DNA from: Candidatus Eiseniibacteriota bacterium
GTDB lineage: Bacteria; Eisenbacteria; RBG-16-71-46
Direction: 5' to 3'
Assembly (NCBI GenBank): GCA_031366795.1
Contig: JANLOX010000249.1
Coordinates: forward strand, 1-32,284
DNA length: 32,284 nt
Made by a program: the position numbers and the translations under genes. The notes beneath the pieces are model-generated. The model searched no databases and had not been told where the DNA came from. It was given only the letters and a program-made list of their open reading frames with translations. Position 1 is the stretch's first letter. Each line of letters opens with the position of its first letter. Shown here in pieces: positions 27,736 to 32,284 of this stretch.

Positions 27736-28290
27736 ATGTCGATCATGTCCGATCGCTGGATCCGCAGAATGTGTATCGAACACAAGATGATCGAACCGTT
27801 CGAGGACAAGCAGGTGCGCAAGGGCGTCATCTCGTACGGCATCTCCTCGTACGGCTACGACCTGCGCATCGCCGACGAGTTCAAGATCTTCACCAACGTG
27901 AATTCCACGATCGTCGACCCCAAGGCGCTGGATCCCGCGACGATGGTGGACATCAAGACCGACGTCGCCATCATCCCGCCCAACTCGTTCGCGTTGGGGC
28001 GCAGCGTCGAGTACTTCCGCGTGCCGCGTAACATCCTGTGCGCGTGCGTGGGCAAGTCGACTTACGCGCGCTGCGGTATCATCACCAACGTGACGCCGTT
28101 CGAGCCCGAGTGGGAAGGCTACGTGACGCTCGAGATCAGCAACACCACGCCGCTGCCGGCGCGTGTCTACGCCAACGAGGGGATAGCGCAGGTGCTGTTC
28201 TTCGAGGGCAACGAGCCGTGCGAGACGTCCTACAAGGACAAGGCCGGCAAGTACCAGCACCAGGTCGGGATCACGCTGCCGCGGTTGTAG
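27736..28290 (+). CDS. dcd: dCTP deaminase
   Basis: [66 protein letters not shown]. Confidence 0.96.
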   Translation: MSIMSDRWIRRMCIEHKMIEPFEDKQVRKGVISYGISSYGYDLRIADEFKIFTNVNSTIVDPKALDPATMVDIKTDVAIIPPNSFALGRSVEYFRVPRNILCACVGKSTYARCGIITNVTPFEPEWEGYVTLEISNTTPLPARVYANEGIAQVLFFEGNEPCETSYKDKAGKYQHQVGITLPRL

Positions 28291-28306
28291 TGCGAGCGGG
28301 TGAGCC

Positions 28307-29287
28307 TCAGCGCGTGCTGCCAGCCGTTGCGGCGCCCAGCAGCTTGCGGCTCAGCGTGTCCCAGCTCCAGCGCTGCGTCTCGGCTAAGCCGGCGGCGGCG
28401 AGGCGTTCACGCAGCGCCGCATCGGTGAGCAGCCGGCGCGCCGCGCGGCGCAGGAACCAGGGGTGCCGCAAGGGCACGACGAGTGCGGTCTCGCCGTCGC
28501 GTGCGAAGTCCGTGGTGCCACTCGTGGTGCAGGCGACCGCACACCCGCACGCCATCGCTTCGAGGGCGGTGTTGCACCAGCCGGCCTTGCGCTCGGCGGC
28601 GATGAAGACGTGGGCGCTCTGGTAGAGCTCTACGAGTTCTTGCTGGCTCGGGTCGAGCACGTAGCGGGCGTTCGCGGGCAGTGGCGCCAGGTCGCGCGGA
28701 TCGCGCTCGCCGGCGCCGGGCGAGTCGAACAACACGATCTCGAACGGCGGCACGCCGGTCAGTCCCGCGAGTGCCTTGAGGATCAGGTCGGTCCCCTTCT
28801 TGGGCCGCGAGCGGCGGCCATTGACCAGCACGCGAAGTGGCGCTGCTTCCCGTGGCGTGGCCGCGGTATGGAATTGCGCGGGGTTGATGCCGCCCACGCC
28901 ATCGATTACGGCCCGTCCGCTGCTGCGTTCGAGCGAATGCATGAGCGGTGTTGAGTTGGCGGCGAGCTGCACGCCGAGGTCAGCGAGTGCCAACGTGAGC
29001 GTGGGGTCACGCTCGAGCACGCAGTAGTAGATATGCCGCGCGCTCTCGTGGGCGCGGAAGGCGCGCCAGCTGTGCGGGTCGGCGCACCATGCGATGTCGC
29101 TCGACTCGCTCGCCGCAGCGGCGAGCGGTGCGGTACGGCCAGCATAGGGCAGCCACGCGGGCGGCTCGCCCGAGGGGTGGTAGAGCGTCACCTCGTGGCC
29201 GGCGGCCTCCCAGACGTTGCCCAACTCGACGAAGCGGCGCACGCCGCCGAAGACGCCGGTGTGCGGGAGGAAGATGGCGATGCGCAT
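28307..29287 (-). CDS. Glycosyltransferase family 4 (GT-B) protein
   Basis: N-terminal GG.R....L......GHEV; R..KG; LY..AHVF.; E..GW....LEAMACG..V EX7E-type motif. Confidence 0.88.
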   Translation of the reverse strand: MRIAIFLPHTGVFGGVRRFVELGNVWEAAGHEVTLYHPSGEPPAWLPYAGRTAPLAAAASESSDIAWCADPHSWRAFRAHESARHIYYCVLERDPTLTLALADLGVQLAANSTPLMHSLERSSGRAVIDGVGGINPAQFHTAATPREAAPLRVLVNGRRSRPKKGTDLILKALAGLTGVPPFEIVLFDSPGAGERDPRDLAPLPANARYVLDPSQQELVELYQSAHVFIAAERKAGWCNTALEAMACGCAVACTTSGTTDFARDGETALVVPLRHPWFLRRAARRLLTDAALRERLAAAGLAETQRWSWDTLSRKLLGAATAGSTR

Positions 29288-29293
29288 GGCGGC

Positions 29294-29302
29294 ACGCTAG
29301 CA
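29294..29302 (-). promoter_or_regulatory. Extended -10 promoter, probable leaderless transcript of the GT4 gene
   Basis: Minus strand reads TGC-TAGCGT-GCCGCC-ATG; no SD upstream of the ATG. Confidence 0.6.
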
Positions 29303-29481
29303 GAGCCCAAGCGCGCCGCCCACCGTGCCGCTTTGGAACGCTTCGAATGTAATTCCGTCACGATTCTGAACGTGATGCCGTTCAACATCGCATCACGCGC
29401 CGCCGCCGGCGCTCCAACCCTGCGCGAGGCAGCTGGGGCAACTCATTGTGAACAGGCAGGATCGAATTATGTGGCCGCGCG

Positions 29482-29497
29482 TGGTACGGCGGCTGCT
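29482..29497 (+). promoter_or_regulatory. Putative sigma-54 (-24/-12) promoter for hsp20-dnaK
   Basis: TGGTACGGCGGCTGCT has GG (29483-29484), 10 nt, GC (29495-29496), close to consensus TGGCACG-N4-TTGCW. Confidence 0.55.
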
Positions 29498-29588
29498 ATA
29501 GCACAGTGCGAAAGCGTTCACCGGTCTCCCGCTCGATAGACGGGAGCCACGCTGCATCGGCCGCGACCCTACCAGAGGAGAAAGCACC

Positions 29589-30047
29589 ATGGCTGCCCTG
29601 ATTCGTTGGAGTTCCAATCGCCATCGCGACCTGGCCAGCGTTCGTGACGATGTCGACCGGTTGTTCGAGAGCGTGTTCAAGCCTGTGCTTTCAACCGGTG
29701 CGCCGGTGCCTCACGTGCTGTCTCCGTCGGTCGACATCGCCGAATCGCAGGACGGGTTCGTGATCACCATGGACCTGCCTGGCGTCAATCAGACGGACGT
29801 CAAGGTCAGCCTGCTGGGCGACGTGCTTACCCTCGAGGGCGAGCGCCAGCGGCCGGAACAGTTGAAGGGTTCGACCCAGCACTGCGCCGAGCGCCGGTAT
29901 GGTAACTTCGAACGCTCGTTTAGCCTGGGAGTGGCGGTCCGCGCCGATCAGGTGAAGGCAAGCATGCGCGACGGCGTGCTTGAGATCCACGTGCCCAAGG
30001 CCGAGGAGGCCAAGGTGCGTGAGATCGAAGTCCAAGCCGCGTCCTAA
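29589..30047 (+). CDS. Hsp20/alpha-crystallin family small heat-shock protein
   Basis: SD GAGGAG; P.VDI.E, DLPGV...DV.V, L.L.GER, ER.YG.FERSF.L, A...DGVL.I..PK. Confidence 0.95.
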   Translation: MAALIRWSSNRHRDLASVRDDVDRLFESVFKPVLSTGAPVPHVLSPSVDIAESQDGFVITMDLPGVNQTDVKVSLLGDVLTLEGERQRPEQLKGSTQHCAERRYGNFERSFSLGVAVRADQVKASMRDGVLEIHVPKAEEAKVREIEVQAAS

Positions 30048-30132
30048 CACGTAAACCCTTGTCGCCGCGCCACGGGCTTCACGGTCATCGCGAGGACGTG
30101 GCGCGAGCACCTATAGAGAAAGAGGACTCCAC

Positions 30133-32028
<1,896 letters not shown>

Positions 32029-32049
32029 GCCGTAGCGATAGAAAACGAA

Positions 32050-32090
32050 TCGGCGGCGCTGGGGAGCATCCCGGCACCGCCGAAGTTCTT
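32050..32090 (+). terminator. Putative terminator hairpin after dnaK
   Basis: Stem TCGGCGGCGCTGGG / CCCGGCACCGCCGA (one mismatch, one G-U), 6-nt loop, weak tail AGTTCTT. Confidence 0.5.
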
Positions 32091-32284
32091 GACGTCCTGT
32101 ATTGCCCTCGCTCTGTGTCGAAAATCCCTAGGGAACTAGCTCCCAGGGACCCAGGGGAACCGCAAGCGCGTGCCCGTCAGGTGGCCATGCGGCACGCCCG
32201 ACCGTCAGAAAGACGCGGTTCTCGGTCGGTGACAACTATCGAATCATGAGGCACTTGGCGACGACCGAGCGCCCCCCTTGGGTG

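Noticed and set aside
29288..29588. CIRCE operator or ROSE thermometer upstream of hsp20-dnaK
   Set aside because: No TTAGCACTC-N9-GAGTGCTAA match, and no U(U/C)GCU anti-SD hairpin around the hsp20 SD.

Overview
High-GC chromosomal window from a diderm bacterium. The gene content (T9SS-like CTD protein, PorV/PorQ-like barrel, GWxTD protein, full Tol-Pal set) suggests an FCB-associated lineage such as Ca. Eisenbacteria, but this is inference. Left to right: (1) a 5'-truncated phosphomannomutase/phosphoglucomutase and an Mpg glycosylase; (2) a ~10.6 kb cell-envelope cassette of unknown function: FadL/PorV-like beta-barrel, TonB-dependent receptor, 1118-aa secreted protein with a T9SS-like C-terminal domain, PorV/PorQ-family barrel and GWxTD-domain protein; (3) gap-pgk-tpiA-secG-tRNA-Leu(GAG); (4) a small remnant with a DUF433 antitoxin and a truncated DUF5615 PIN toxin, then a TlpA-like redoxin; (5) tolQ-tolR-tolA-tolB-pal-cpoB, continuing into an Omp85 barrel, endonuclease IV, MBL hydrolase, gamma-carbonic-anhydrase-like protein, a degenerate SDR-like protein, moaB and dcd; (6) a GT4 glycosyltransferase divergent from hsp20-dnaK. 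The most notable items are the envelope cassette and an apparently circularly permuted cupredoxin nested in an FN3-like domain of its large secreted protein. Others are a hairpin that buries the GWxTD start, a candidate sigma-54 promoter for hsp20-dnaK, a leaderless GT4 gene and a structured non-coding segment after dnaK. No CRISPR array, integrase or transposase was seen. All calls come from motif reading by eye; no searches were run.
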